A stretch of DNA of 64,000 nt from Podarcis cretensis (Eukaryota): contig OX638149.1 of assembly GCA_951804945.1 (NCBI GenBank), forward strand, positions 95,232,001 through 95,296,000, read 5' to 3'. Numbering within the stretch: the stretch's first letter is position 1; each line of letters begins with the position of its first letter. Shown here in pieces: positions 51,455 to 64,000 of the stretch. The notes beneath the pieces are model-generated. The model searched no databases and was not told where the DNA came from. It saw nothing but the letters and a program-made list of their open reading frames with translations. Made by a program: the position numbers and the translations under genes.

Positions 51455-52889
51455 GGCTACACACAGACTGGTAAGAGAATAATAAAGGCTGAAGCACATC
51501 ACGCTTCAGCACTGCAGACATCAACAGTGCTTATCATTAGAGCTGAAGATATGTACCCCCCAAATCAATATATACCATATTTGCTGTTGCAAGCATTTAT
51601 CTGAGAGTAATTATGGTGTAAAATATCTTATCTCATTGTAAGGGCTAAGATTGACTTTTCCTTTTCCTTTCATTGCTTCAGTTCTATTATTTATGGAAAG
51701 TTTATATTTAATGTTATTTTTGTTTTAACCATAGGACATAACAAGGCAGAACAGAAATATAGACAGAACACTGGCTGCCACTTTGTATCCATGCAGATTT
51801 GTCTTAGCCTTCCTGGGTTGTTTTTTTTAAAAAAGACCGCTCTTCCTTTGCAGCCAAAAACCCTGTACATTTGTTCAAAACTTAAAGAGGAAGAGGTGAG
51901 GGTACACGAAGGGACTCTTGCCTCCTTATAGATGTACCACTGAACAATATAGTGGGGGAGATCCTCAGCATTACCTCTTCACCAGACAGATACAGTGTTT
52001 TAGGTGTTGCATAAATTACATTTATAAAATGTGTTTCTGAGTTTTGCCATTTCCAGCACTCCCTTGCTGTTTTCTCTCTTTCATCTAATTCTTAGATGGC
52101 AAACTCTTATACCAAGTGCCTGCTTTATTTAATTCTGTAATGCACCATTTACACTGATGGCACTCTTTAGCTAACAGTGATAATAATAATCATTGTTTTC
52201 CCTCCCATGGGGAGTAGTAGATGTCTCATGGGCTCCATCATTTAAAAACTAGTGATCCTGCAATAAAGTATCCTTTCCCAGGAAAGAGATGAGAGATTCT
52301 TGGAGGCAGATTTAACATATAGTAATCAGAATCAGATGGTAACAGCATCTAACCACAAAGGGAAGGCTAGTCCAGGCATTTGTTTAAGCAAGGATACCTC
52401 TGTTTTGTGCTTTGTTGTCCCACGTCTGAGCACTAGCCAGGATGTGAAACCTACTTGGTTTTAACAGTGGAAAAAAGCACTGAGCCCTCCCACTCTTTTG
52501 AATGAGAGCGGAACCACACGTGATATTGAAAACCCAGTGATAGTATCTTATACCTTAAGAAAGAAAAGTGGGGAAATGCATGCATATGAGGAGTTGCATA
52601 TCCAGTCAGGATCACACCACAGAGGAAGGGAGATTTCCTCCTGATTAAGTGACCCACAGATTTGCATCAGAGGAAACATACAAGTACCTGTATGAGTCCC
52701 ATTTGCTTTGCCCTACAGGTATGTGGCTGAATCCCATCCGAAGCAACAGATTGGAAGCATCCAGAGTGGAAACTATTAAACTGAACTATGTTTCTCATTA
52801 CAAGAGTCAATATTATATGAAATATCACTGTGCCTTGTTGTAGGTGACTCACTTTTCCTCTTTTCTGTTTCAATTTTCTCCCCTTGCAG

Positions 52890-53136
52890 CTGTCTGGAGG
52901 ATGTGAACTAACTGTGGTACTACAAGACTTTATAGCCAGCCATAGTAGTGAGCTGAGTATCCAGGTGGGGCAAACGGTGGAGTTACTGGAAAGGCCAAGT
53001 GAAAGGCCCGGCTGGTGTTTGGTACGGACAACAGAGCGCAGTCCTCCTCAGGAAGGGCTGGTCCCCAGCAGTGCTCTCTGTATCTCACATTCCCGGAGCA
53101 GTGTGGAGATGGACTGTTTCTTCCCTTCAGGAAAAG
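52890..53136 (+). CDS. KALRN: KALRN exon, SH3-1 LSGGCELTVVLQDFIASHSSELSIQVGQTVELLERPSERPGWCLVRTT...MDCFFPSGK(D)
   Basis: cttgcag|CTG...AAA G|gtaggc; 247 nt; phase 0-1; inside ORF 52884..53207. Confidence 0.95.
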
Positions 53137-54161
53137 GTAGGCAGAAATTGAACAGGGCTGATATTCCCTCCACTGTTAATTCACTAGCTAAAATGAAGGG
53201 AGGATAAAAGTACAGATATTCATAATTTGAGCTGCCAGCCTGCTGTGGAAGTGTGCTGTCTGCACTTTTGATGTGCATACTTATCTTTTCACCTGCATCA
53301 GCCAGGAGAGGGTGGGGGAAGGAAGGGACCTGTTTTTCCTGCTTGAGTGGAAACCCAATTACATACTGTTTAGCCAGACATTGTACCTGCTATAAAACAA
53401 TTCCTTCTGTATGAGTGCAGGACTCTGCATAATGCTGATTGGATGGCTTTTGAGTCATTCAGAAAATCACCTTCTCCCATTATATAGGGTTTTCAAGGGT
53501 GTTAAAAAAAACGGGGGGAATATTTAAAAATAAAGCACCAAACTTCTGTTTTTGAAACTTTTGATCAGGTGATCCAAAAAGCAATACCTAAAGCACCTGA
53601 GTTCTATCACATTATAGCAGTTAGCTGGGAAGGATAGTTTTGTTAAGCAATTCACCTTAGCATCATTTCTTCTAAGAAAGCCCTTGGGCTTTTGCCTGTG
53701 CTGGACAATCACAAATATAGTCTAGGTGGAGAATGCCTAGTTGGATTTTGTTTGCTGCTGTCATATATTGTTTGTTTTTATGTTTTTATGTTATATTGTT
53801 TTAAATGTTATAATTCACTTCATGTGTTCATGGACAGAAAAGTGGACTAAGAAAAACCCAATAAAGGTCAAGCCAGTAACACACTTAAACCTCAGGGAAG
53901 AGGGTAACAGAGACAAACAGCTATTATTCTGGAGCCGGGTGTCAACAGAGAAGCAAAGGCAGTGAAAAGAAGTAGTAAAAAGAACTGACATCCCTTAAGA
54001 TCTTAGTGAACAGGCAAACAGAAGAATGTAGGCAATTTTCACTGCCTGCATTTTTCTGAAGATATTGACTAAGTAATTAGAAATTTATCTAAAAACTAGA
54101 CAAAGGGACAGAAGAAGGCATTCAGCATTCTGAGATTTGTTCTATAAAAAGGTGGAATCTT

Positions 54162-54334
54162 AGGCTCAATACACACCATGCACACACATACCCCAAAAAA
54201 GAATACCGGGAACTGTAGTTTTTTAAAGGGTGTTGGAAATGGTAGCTCTGTGAAGAGTAAACTACAATTCCCAGGGTTCTTGGTGGCATGTGTATGCTTT
54301 TCATGTGCTTTAAATGCATGGTGGGTATGTAGCC
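54162..54334. mobile_element. Harbinger-like palindromic MITE
   Basis: ggctcaatacacaccat / atggtgggtatgtagcc ends; gggaactgtagtt / aactacaattccc inverted core. Confidence 0.5.
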
Positions 54335-55315
54335 ACTGCTTGTGATGTATGCACTTATTCCACTTTCACCTCTGGTAAACAGATTACACAGTTTTTTGTA
54401 TTGCTTAAAAATCTGCTTCACAGGTCCAATGGTGAGCTTGTGTGATTGGTTTGGTGCAGGGATACCAAACAAGGATGTCAAAAATGCCAAGGTGATCAAT
54501 TCTGGTGCTTTATTAAAAGAAGGTGTAAATTTACAACACAGCCTGCAGAGCCTTGCTGCCTTTATAGACCTGGGACAGACACAGAAACAGCAAGCATTCT
54601 AGATATGAAAGCTAGGAGCTGAATGGCACCTTAAACCTAGGTTATGGGTACAACAGTAGAATGTCTAGGACCACTTTTTTATAACAAGAATACAAAGCTG
54701 AAAATGAATGAACTGAAGCTAAAATATTACGTTCGTTTTTCACATGGTCTAGTCTTTCACCTGCCCACCCCCCTAATATTCTTAAGAGGGTCTTCAGAGA
54801 GTAGGTGGAAGTGGGGAGGCAGAAAAAGGTCCTCCTTTCCTTCCCCTCTGCAGTATTAATCTGAAATCTTAGGGGCAATACTGTTCTCAGAGCTCAGAAA
54901 CTGCTTGCGCTAATGAAATTCCCTGTCGCAAAATGCACCTAGCCCTAGAACAATGAGAGTTTCGGACACTGCCTGCCAATGAAGGCATAGGTGGCAAGCC
55001 TCCAAGTCTTAGATTGCTCCCCTGCCTAGGTAAATAACCAAGCATCCTAAAGCCTACAGAGAAGCATAGCATCAAAGCAAGCTGGTTAACATATATCAAA
55101 GCAAGCGCATAAACATAGGTGAGCTCATTCTTGCAGCAACTGCTAATTAGTCCCAGGGTTATCTTGACTACCAATATGGCATTTACAGTCTTTCTGGAAT
55201 GTTTTCACCATTTAGTTCTACACAGTGAAAGAAAAGGAAACTGCATCTACAAAAAGCAGAGCCTTTTTCAACTGTTAAAAGCATTTTTCAACTCCTAAAA
55301 ACTATTGCTGTGATC

Positions 55316-55672
55316 TGGCGCTGTGGGTTAAAGCCTCAGCGCCTAGGGTTTGCCGATCGAAAGGTCGGCGGTTCGAATCCCTGCGACGGGGTGCGCTCCC
55401 GCTGCTCGGTCCCAGCGCCTGCCAACCTAGCAGTTCGAAAGCACCTCCGGGTGCAAGTAGATAAATAGGGACCGCTTACCAGCGGGAAGGTAAACGGCGT
55501 TTCCGTGTGCGGCTCTGGCTCTGGCCAGAGCAGCGATGTCACGCTGGCCACGTGACCCGGAAGTGTCTCCGGACAGCGCTGGCCCCTGGCCTCTTAAGTG
55601 AGATGGGCGCACAACCCCAGAGTCTGTCAAGACTGGCCCGTACGGGCAGGGGTACCTTTACCTTTACCTTTA
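55316..55672 (+). mobile_element. Sauria SINE, CpG-rich (young) subfamily
   Basis: Intact B box GGTTCGAATCC; (ACCTTT)3 tail; many retained CpGs. Confidence 0.92.
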
Positions 55673-57186
55673 ACTCACGCCACCTTCTTGCTGTGGCAAA
55701 TGAGTGTGCTGTTACTCTTTCCTCTCACAAGAGGGCTCTCCTGATTTACAGGTAGAAACTTTCTAGTTACTCACTTATTGGTAATTCATTCTAAAAACAT
55801 AAGTTATAATATAAGAATCAGGGTCAATACATCAAGAAAATATGCATGGACCTAATAACTAATTCTCACTGATGTGAGTCAGCTGTGTCTGGCTAACCCA
55901 CTCCATAGTCAATTCTCCCTAATACAAAAATAAAAATCCATGCATATGAAAAACTAGCATGTCAGGGGAGATGCTACCCAAGCATTCCACCCAATACAAC
56001 AGGGATTCGACCCCCTCCCCTTGCCATGGAGAAGCATCACCTGGTGGCTCAAGTGGTATGGCTCAAAGACAGCTTTACCTACTCAGTGAAAACTAGGCCT
56101 AAGAGCAGCAGTTTCCAAAGGTAAATGTTATGTTGACAGCAGTGTCCATGCTGCCCCTTGGGACAACAGAGGAAGGGAATCTGCCCCTTAATATGAAGAG
56201 GGCTCAGAATAGAGACAATGCTGCAATAAATGACTTCCCAGTTGGCCTTGGGTTAACCTAGATTAGTTTTGAGTGTACTTATAGCAGGTTAGATAAGTGG
56301 ATGGATCCAGAAGAAAAATCCTTTTCCAAATCATGAATATGGAAAGGTGTTTAAATTTGTTACGTGAACTAAATTTGCATTGTGTGTGTGGTACAAGTGT
56401 CCCAGTGCCCATAGATGATCTGCAAAAGCCTGATGAGGCAATATTGTAAGTTATTATTGGGCTTGCACTTGCTGCTGCCTCATTGGATTGGTGTTGTTCC
56501 ACTTTTCCTCCTCCCTGTTCCACCTTTACTACTATGATACTGGTGTTCCAGCCTTTTGAAAATATATCTGTAAAGTAAACTCAGCAGTCAATATTGAAGG
56601 AAGAAAGGGGGAAGTGGTGACCTTCCAGATGTTGCTTGACTACGGATTCTATCATCATGGTGAGAGTTGGAGTCCAAAAACACTGGGAAATTCCCTATCC
56701 TGGGTTTAATGTTGAAAATTCTGGAGGAATTTAAGAAAAAGCATTATGTGAAACTAACTTCTTATACACCTTTAGTTTTTCCAGCAAGGGTTAGTGTTTT
56801 AAATAGAACAAGACTTATCTCTTTCAAATGAAGAATTGTCATTTCTTTCCCAGGGAAAGAAAATAACATCTATAATCTACTCAGACTGCAAATCTGTCTA
56901 TACTACTCTCTTGAGCTTAACAGAGGGAAAAGAGTCTTTTATTCCTGTAGTTTTGCTGCAGAATGGAGATGTGAAGTATTAAATTACCATATGGTAAGCC
57001 CGCAACTTATACCAGGGTTACATTTCAGGGATCATATCTAAAGCCAAAATCATGTGTAGTCAAAACCCATTGGGGTAGGATTGCCAAAGTAATTTTTTCT
57101 GGAACCCTGCCCCTTCCTTCTCCTTACTTCTATTTTTTATTTTTTGCCATGCACGTAAAGCTGAATGCACACAAGTTAAATGCAGG

Positions 57187-57321
57187 CAGGCCTTTTTTTT
57201 CAGCCTGAACTCAAAAACTCAGTTCTGGCACCTCTCAGATGGGCACCATTGTCATTATAAGAAAACAAGGGATGTGTTAATGGTGAGTTCCAACACCTCT
57301 TTTTCTATAAAAATAGCACTG
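57187..57321. mobile_element. hAT MITE related to the 25607 copy
   Basis: cagg...tagcactg ends; 8-bp TSD aatgcagg / aatgcatg; shared atggtgagt...cacct...ttttcta tract. Confidence 0.75.
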
Positions 57322-58448
57322 AATGCATGTAAATTGCAGGTTTACTGTATTCGAATTGGAAAGGAAGTGGCAGATGGCAGAGATGCCATGGATGGAAGGC
57401 AGGCTATCCATCCAGCCAAGTAAAACACACCTCCCTTTTTCACTCCTTTCATTTAAATAGTACTATATCTAGCATGAAATTGACATAGTACAAGGAAGTG
57501 GTTACATAAAATTGACATACCTATTTATGTTACCATTGCAATTATGAATTACGGTAACCTGCAGACTCTGGAGTAAAAAGAAAGAAAGAAAGTTATTTAA
57601 AATAAAATTTGTCATGTTGAAGGTGTTAGTAGCAGAACACTTTGTAGATTTTCTTAGCTTAAGTATCATGTGTTTACACTTTCTAAGAAGCTTGAGCCAA
57701 AGAATCTGGCTTTAAAGCTAATGAGCCAGCTCACTCATGGAGCAATATCCACTGTACAAGTGCTGAGCTGGAAACTCATTCTGCGAAAAACTGGCTTACA
57801 GTCACAAAAGCCCTTAGAAATGAGCCTGCAAAATGTTTAGTAGCCCAGAAAAATGTTTAGTAGCCAAATTGCCCTCATAGTCATTTGTGGCACAGCCTGA
57901 AAGATGCTAAGGTACTGTTGCAATTTCTAAAATTTCCTGTTTGGTCCTCCAAGTGTGATTCTTACCATAGATGAGTATGTGCATGACTAAGTTGTCTTTT
58001 AATGATAAGAAAGTGGAGGAGGGCAACCTATTGGCAGTGGGAACATCTCTCTTTTGTAGCTCCTGTGCTAAAATCCAAAGTTAAGGCTGGAGACTTTTGC
58101 GTGTCGAGGTCCCCAGGTCCACCCCAATAACTCACACATCACACAGAAATTTTTGTTTAAGATTTTTGGCATAATTTTGGCCACAACTTTATTAAAATAC
58201 AAATTTGTGAGTGGTTGCGTAGGCATTGGTTGCGACTATCTGCCCCCACCATGGGGGACAGACTGACATTCCGCACGATACGAAAGTCAGAATGGGGGAA
58301 TACACTTGGGGGTTACGCGGAGCAGGGAACCTGCCCTCACCCCAAATGCAACCAGGAGCTCATTGCTATGGCCCGAGCCCCCTTGACAGAGTGGACAAGC
58401 AATAGTTAGCTCCCAATTCCTTTAACGGAATCCCTTGCAGCAGCAGCA

Positions 58449-59418
58449 TTAGAGGGGCAGGCACAGCCAATCCATGCCCCTCAACCAACCAAACCATAAA
58501 CCAATGCCTAACCGCCACCGAGCACTCAAGCTCGCCGCCAACACAACAGATTTTAACCATGTGTCATTTCCCAACGGGGAAAGATGCACACCATCGTCCC
58601 TGAAAAGGACGGCCTCCTTGAAGGTGATATTGGGGTGCGCAATCACGGAACCACCATGAGCAATGACTGTTTTCATTGCCACCTTATTAACGCGCTTTCT
58701 GGCTCCTTCAGTGGCAGCTGGACAGTGACTGCCACGCCAGGTGCGCCTCTGCAGCAACTGGGACCAAAAAACTTTCACACCAGGCAAAAACTCTGCCAAT
58801 TCAACTAAGTCCCTTTGAATTGTAAAGCGTAAAGAACAACAGTCTGTGGCGGGCAGATCGTTTTCCCCCAACTGGAGCACGATAGCTGAAGGGGATAGAG
58901 TTACGTCCTGCAAAAGCAAACCCCTAGACTCTCTGCCCCGGATGACCTCCAATACCACCTCACCTACCCTCAGGGCACCAAAAAAGGCCAAAGAAAAGGC
59001 AGCTGAAAAAAGCCGCGCTTCATATCTGGACCAGCAGACGCTCCTCAACTTTGAGCGCATGCTGGTAAGCAAATCAAAAGTTATAGGCTTTCTTACCAAA
59101 GGGGGTCGAGTTCCAAGCCTCCCCCAACCTTCCAGAGCCCTGCGCACAAAAAATTTGGCGCAAGGATCCTTATTAAAGAAGGCTTTACAGAAGAAGGAGA
59201 TGGCTGCTGCTTGCATCCTGAGCGTCCTGGCCGCTCGACCCAATTGGAAAAGGTGCGCCAAATACTGCAGCACCTGTGAAGTAGAAGGAGATGACTCAAT
59301 CTCCATAGACAAAGACTGACGACAAAATTTTTAAAAAGTCAGTCCAAGCTCGATTATATGAGCGCAGAGTGGAAGGTGAAATGGACGTGGCTACTCCCTG
59401 TAAGACTAATTGCTGCCA
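58449..59418 (-). pseudogene. Tyrosine recombinase N-terminal half fused in frame to an SGNH hydrolase C-terminal half; +1 frameshift near the N-terminus
   Basis: SISPSTLRSYNRAWTDFLK, frameshift in an A5 run at 59328-59332, then RKPIT...FFGALRVGE (YR box I), directly followed by IVLQLGENDL (SGNH block III GxND) and DDGVHLS (block V DxxH). Confidence 0.85.
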
Positions 59419-61004
59419 AAGTTCCAGAGATGATCCGGGAAATTTTCTGGCAGCAGATTCACCTCTGGAGCAAGGGACCTGAACCGCTCCATCTGAAAAC
59501 GGGACAGAGCATCAGCGATTTCATTAGAAACGCCAGGGATGAATCGAGCTGAAAACACAATGTTAAAGTACAGGCAATGCAAAACAAAAGCCCTGAGAAG
59601 GGCCGATACCCTGGCTGAACGGGACGACTCTTTTGCCAACACGTTCACAACGGCCTGGTTATCGGGCCAGAAACAGACTCGATGGTCCTTGAATTCCTTG
59701 ACCCACAGGTGCACTGCCACTGCAATGGGAAAGAACTCAAGAAAAGTTAAGTCCCGCGTAATAGGCTCCCCTCGCCACGATGGCGGCCAGGGCAATGCGC
59801 ACCAACGACCTTTCCAGTATAGCCCAAAACCCAGAGAGCCTGCTGCATCAGAATGCACTTGGAAGTCATTATGGAGGTTCAAAGTGTCCTGCCATAATGA
59901 CACCCCATTGAATTCATTCAAGAATTCAAGCCATAACTGCAAATCCGCCTTTACAGCAGGTGACAGCCGCACCCGATGATGAGGGGCACGCAAGCCGGCC
60001 GTAAGCCTGGCCAGGCGCGCACAGAATGGGCGACCGGGAGCCACCACCCTGCATGCAAAATTAAGGTGGCCTAATAAGGACTGCAACTGACGCAATGTCA
60101 CCTTACGTAATGGGAGCAACTCCTCTATTATCCTTTGCAAATTAACCAATTTGTCCTCAGGTAAGCGAGATGTAGATGCAACTGTATCCAATTGGATACC
60201 TAAATAAGTCAATTGAGTGGAAGGTCCCTCGGTTTTATCCGATGCCAATGGGACACCCAACTCTTCCGTAAGAGATGCGAAAGCCTGAAGCAGGGCCAGG
60301 CAGTCACCCGTGTCCCTCGCCGAGGCCAGTAAAAAGTCATCCAAAAAATGGGTCACCCCATCCAGGCCGGTTTTAAAACGCAAGGCCCAGTCGAGAAAAG
60401 TACTAAAGCACTCGAAAGCTGCGCATTAAATTGAGCAGCCCATGGGCATGGCTTTGTCAAAATAAAATGCCCCTTCAAACTGGAACCCTAAAAGCCAGAA
60501 ATCCTGAGGATTAATTGGCAACAAACGAAAAGCAGACTCAATGTCGCATTTCGCCAGCAGGGCACCTGTCCCAAATTTTCTGATCATCTTGATCGCATGA
60601 TCAAGAGTAGCGTATTTTACCGAACAAAGCTCCGGGGGGATAGCATCATTTACTGACGAACCCCTGGGGTGTGATAAGTTATGAATGAGGCGAAACTCCC
60701 CGGGGGCTTTCTTCGGAACAATTCCCAAGGGGGAGAGATGCAGATTAGCGAAAGGAAGAGCCAGGAAGGGGCCTGCCATACGACGTAAGGCAATTTCTTT
60801 CTCAATCTTTTTACGTGCCACTTCATGCCTTTTCCTAACTGACTGCTGATTAACCGGATTCCGTGCTACGGGGACCGTAGCTACCGGAATCCTAAAACCA
60901 GAAGAAAAGCCCTCCTGTAAATAAGCAGCTGCCTCACGGTTAGGGTAAAACTGCAACCAATGAACCAATTCTGGAAGCCGTACCGGCGTATAAGCTAAAA
61001 CCAT
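59406..61004 (-). pseudogene. Reverse transcriptase/RNase H ORF with one in-frame stop
   Basis: SPLGIVPKK, FRLIHNLS, AKCDIESAFR, MPMG and FLDD RT motifs; RNase H SDAAG, LEFFPI, DNQAVV, NEIADALSR. ORFs 60426..61136 and 59406..60383 share a frame, separated only by TAA at 60426-60428. Confidence 0.9.
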
Positions 61005-61015
61005 ATCCGCCTCAC

Positions 61016-61318
61016 TTAGAAGCGCCAGCTGCTGCTTGAGGGGGGGGGCGCTTTTGCAGCTTGTGACCCCCCCTTTCCCCCACGAAAGGGCCGGCGGCCG
61101 CCAAAGCAAGTGGAGCCCGGGTGGTTGCCACCACATTTTTCACAGACATGAGGAAACCTACATGGTTGTCGCTGGCAAGAGCCTTTACTGTAATCCCAGC
61201 AATACAAGCGCTTTTTAAAACCTCCTGTTTTTGGCTTTTGAGGTTCAGGGGTCTTCTTTTCAAACTGAGGGGCCACATAAGTGCACGGGCGAAAAGAGGA
61301 AGCCCTAGCCTCGTGCAA
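61016..61318 (-). CDS. Gag/ORF1 C-terminal fragment with zinc fingers
   Basis: C-X7-C-X4-C-X3-H (CWDYSKGSCQRQPCRFPH) followed by C-X2-C-X3-H-X4-C (CEKCGGNHPGSTC); N-terminal part missing. Confidence 0.8.
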   Translation of the reverse strand: MHEARASSFRPCTYVAPQFEKKTPEPQKPKTGGFKKRLYCWDYSKGSCQRQPCRFPHVCEKCGGNHPGSTCFGGRRPFRGGKGGSQAAKAPPPSSSSWRF

Positions 61319-64000
61319 GGGGTTTTACTATTTCTGGCTGTCAATCAATAAATGGCAACATTAACTTCTTCCCAACAACAAGGGAAGCCCCAATCGCATC
61401 AGTGGCCAACGATCAATTAGCCCGCCCCCCAACTTTGGAGTGTTCTGGCAGCCCCCACCGCAACACGTGCTCTCCATGAAGGAGAACACGCTTTGTAAAA
61501 GAAAGTTGTGTGTCCCACCATCTTTATGTAAGATACTGTATGTCCAGCAGCTATGATGGGCCATAGGATCAGGCTGTTAGCCTCACCAAAGGTGATCTGC
61601 CTTTCCTCTTGCCATACTTTATATGAAAGCATGTAACAGTTGAATGTGAGAAATTTGATGGATCTACTGTGCTAAAATGCCAGGACAGATTCCTCTTGGA
61701 AAGGCTCAACAACCAACGTTTTCAGATCTTCTCTGTGTTGTAGCACCTGGCTTAATTTATTTATCTGAATCAAATAACTTAGTATAACCTATTTATCTAA
61801 AAATTATGAGATTTATATTCTTGACCTGCAGCTATGTTCGGACTGGACATGTCATGCTCATGATGTCTCTTTGTTTCTGGCCCTTAATCATAGGTGGTTG
61901 TGTTTCTCCTAATTAAGTGAATTAAATTAACTCAGTTATCTTCAGTTCCCTCTGGCCCAACAACTGGAGAGCAGGTTGCTTTGAATTTGTCATTAGCTTC
62001 AGTGGAATGTATTTTGCCACTTGTGCTTCTGATGACATTAGTCTTCCCCTCACTGCCTAAAGCAATATTATGAACAGAATATTAGGGAAATGAAAAGTGT
62101 ATTAAAATGGTTGTATTGTGATAGGGCTAGATTTCTAGAGTAGACGGTTTGGAAGCTTTGTTGTCTATAATGTATATTTTAGATTGCAGTCACGTTGTTT
62201 CTGAGCACACAAGCTTATCTAGACTTATATTTGTTTACCAGAACTGGCAAACCAAATGTATCATTAAAGTCACTTGACTTTAATCGGTAGTAAGTTATCC
62301 CTGGAGAAGCACCACTGGCAATTCATCAGGCTCTTTATTTCCTCTGTAAATTCTGTAATAAAACAGGAAAGACTATTTTAAGAAACAGAATTGGTACCAT
62401 TCTATTTTAAACTTAGAGTTTATTTAGAGAGAGACAGAAGGTGTCCTTTTATTTTCTGAAGAAGGAAGGGATAAAAAATTATCCACAGCTTAACTAGAAT
62501 TCAGGTACCATCTAAGCCATGATGAGGTTTCATTTGATAATTTCATAATGTATTTTAGCAATAGTCTTTAAATGACAAAGACTACAGCAGAAAGGAAACA
62601 ACTGGTTTTATCCTGCCCAAAGGGCATCTCATGTCTTTCTTAAGTATAACTGTGAGCTGTCAACTGGATAAAAGTCATTTGCAATGTTAGCTTGTGGGCT
62701 AGGAGCTTTATGCCTTTTGTATTTTAAAAAATATTTGCTAACAATGTGGCTAGGCAAAGCACAGTACCAATTAGACCTACCCACCCATCATCTGAATTTA
62801 CCCAGGGCACATGCAGTAAGGGTAGGGAAAGAGGTGAGTGGGAATGGGTGAGTGACTGAGACAGAGAGAAGTCATGCTAGATGTTGGACAATACTTGTTG
62901 TAGTTTAATTATGTAAATAAGCAGTTCTAACCAAAAGATTTCAGGTGGAACAGTGGAACATCAGGAAACCTATGGCCCTCTGGATGTTGCTGGACTATAA
63001 CTCCCATTTTCACTGGCCATGCTGGTTGAGACTAGAGGAAGCTGAAATCCAACAACATCTGGAAAGCCACAGGTTCCTTGCCCCTGACATAGTGTACAGT
63101 GTCCAGAAAATCCTGTTTGCACTTCATAGCTCAGAGCAAGCCCTGACAGCAAGAGCCAGGGTTTGTTTTTGTTTGTCTAAATTTGTATCTTTGCATATAA
63201 ATTAGCATATGCAATTTTTATGCAGTTTAATAATATGGGGCTGTAATCTACCAATGTACCTGGTAAAAAGTGCTATATATAGTGCATCAGAAAGTCCAGG
63301 CCTGATGGGCTACTTGGTTATTATTTGGGTCCTTAGTCAGTCACATTAATATCAAGAGTTAAAAGTCTAAAACTCTGTAATACTGATATTATTAATATGT
63401 GAGTGTCCACTTCTCTGTAGATTACAGTGGCAGCCACAAAGCTTAAGCTAGCAGTTACCATTTTCCATAAGAAGAAACGTATGTTCTTTTTGATATGGAA
63501 TGCAGGTGTACAAGATTCTCAAACTTCTGATCCAAACCTACATTGGTGCTCTAAAAAACTGGTGCTTGTAGAGTATTTAGATAGAAGTAGTGTGACACAG
63601 GCTCTCCCGGTCCTTTCATGGTTATATAGACAAGGGAGAGGAGAGTAACTTGTTGAAAATTTGCTCTTAATCATCCATTATTCTTTGCAGTATGTTTAAT
63701 GTTGTGTCAGACAATGCTGGATTTTTCAATCCTCATTTACAGTCAACCCGTATCCCAACACTGTAGTCATAATTACCCGAAATCCCACTCTTACCTCTTG
63801 ATACTTGTGTCATCACACAAGACTCAAAAATAACGCAGTGGTTTTCCCTGCCCTGAAGTACTACAGCAGCATGTCTGTTTCAAAATTAAAACAGCAGGTT
63901 TGGTTAGATTGCTCTTCCAGTAACTAGTTTATTTTCCAGAAAATGTGGATCTGAAGTTTAATATAGCATGAACCTGCCTGCTTTAGGGTTTGCTTCTTCC

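Larger units (their letters stand above)
58102..61465 (-). mobile_element. Ngaro-type (DIRS order) tyrosine-recombinase retrotransposon, internally deleted
   Basis: Order gag zinc finger, RT/RNase H, YR, SGNH hydrolase on the - strand; 3' region with AATAAAGTTGTGGCC; GC/CpG-rich relative to host; cgtg at both junctions (58100-58103, 61466-61469). Confidence 0.9.

Noticed and set aside
51504-51524. TTCAGCACTGCAGACATC as a REST/RE1 site
   Set aside because: The right half-site GGACAG has two mismatches; too weak.
53193-53207. ATGAAGGGAGGA (MKGG) resembling the Duet isoform start
   Set aside because: A stop follows at once, with no Cys-rich Duet peptide or donor; it is intron read-through of the SH3 exon ORF.
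58846-59979. + strand ORFs of 157 and 146 aa
   Set aside because: Antisense shadows of the retrotransposon ORFs.

Overview
Vertebrate (squamate lizard, probably lacertid, judged from Sauria-SINE and CR1-tail repeats) genomic DNA from the middle of the KALRN (Kalirin RhoGEF) gene on the + strand. Fourteen constitutive coding exons (876-53136) splice with GT-AG boundaries and consistent phases. They encode the last spectrin repeat, the GEF1 DH and PH domains, the DSDK linker and the first SH3 domain. The 31.6-kb intron between the DSDK exon and the SH3 exon appears to be an isoform-switching region. It holds a candidate internal promoter and first exon (MLKWMSSRQPKQIKKR), a candidate terminal exon that may sit at the Kalirin-7 position but lacks the STYV PDZ ligand, and two exon-like segments interrupted by TGA. 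The introns also carry a deleted Ngaro-type tyrosine-recombinase retrotransposon with an in-frame YR-SGNH fusion, a 1.17-kb non-autonomous L1-like retroposon with CTCF and YY1 motifs, a solo LTR, a Penelope terminus with a minimal hammerhead ribozyme, four Sauria SINEs (one inverted pair brackets an in-frame 405-nt three-exon block), CR1/L2 fragments, many MITEs, microsatellites and two N gaps. Homology calls rest on my recall of protein families, not on a search.
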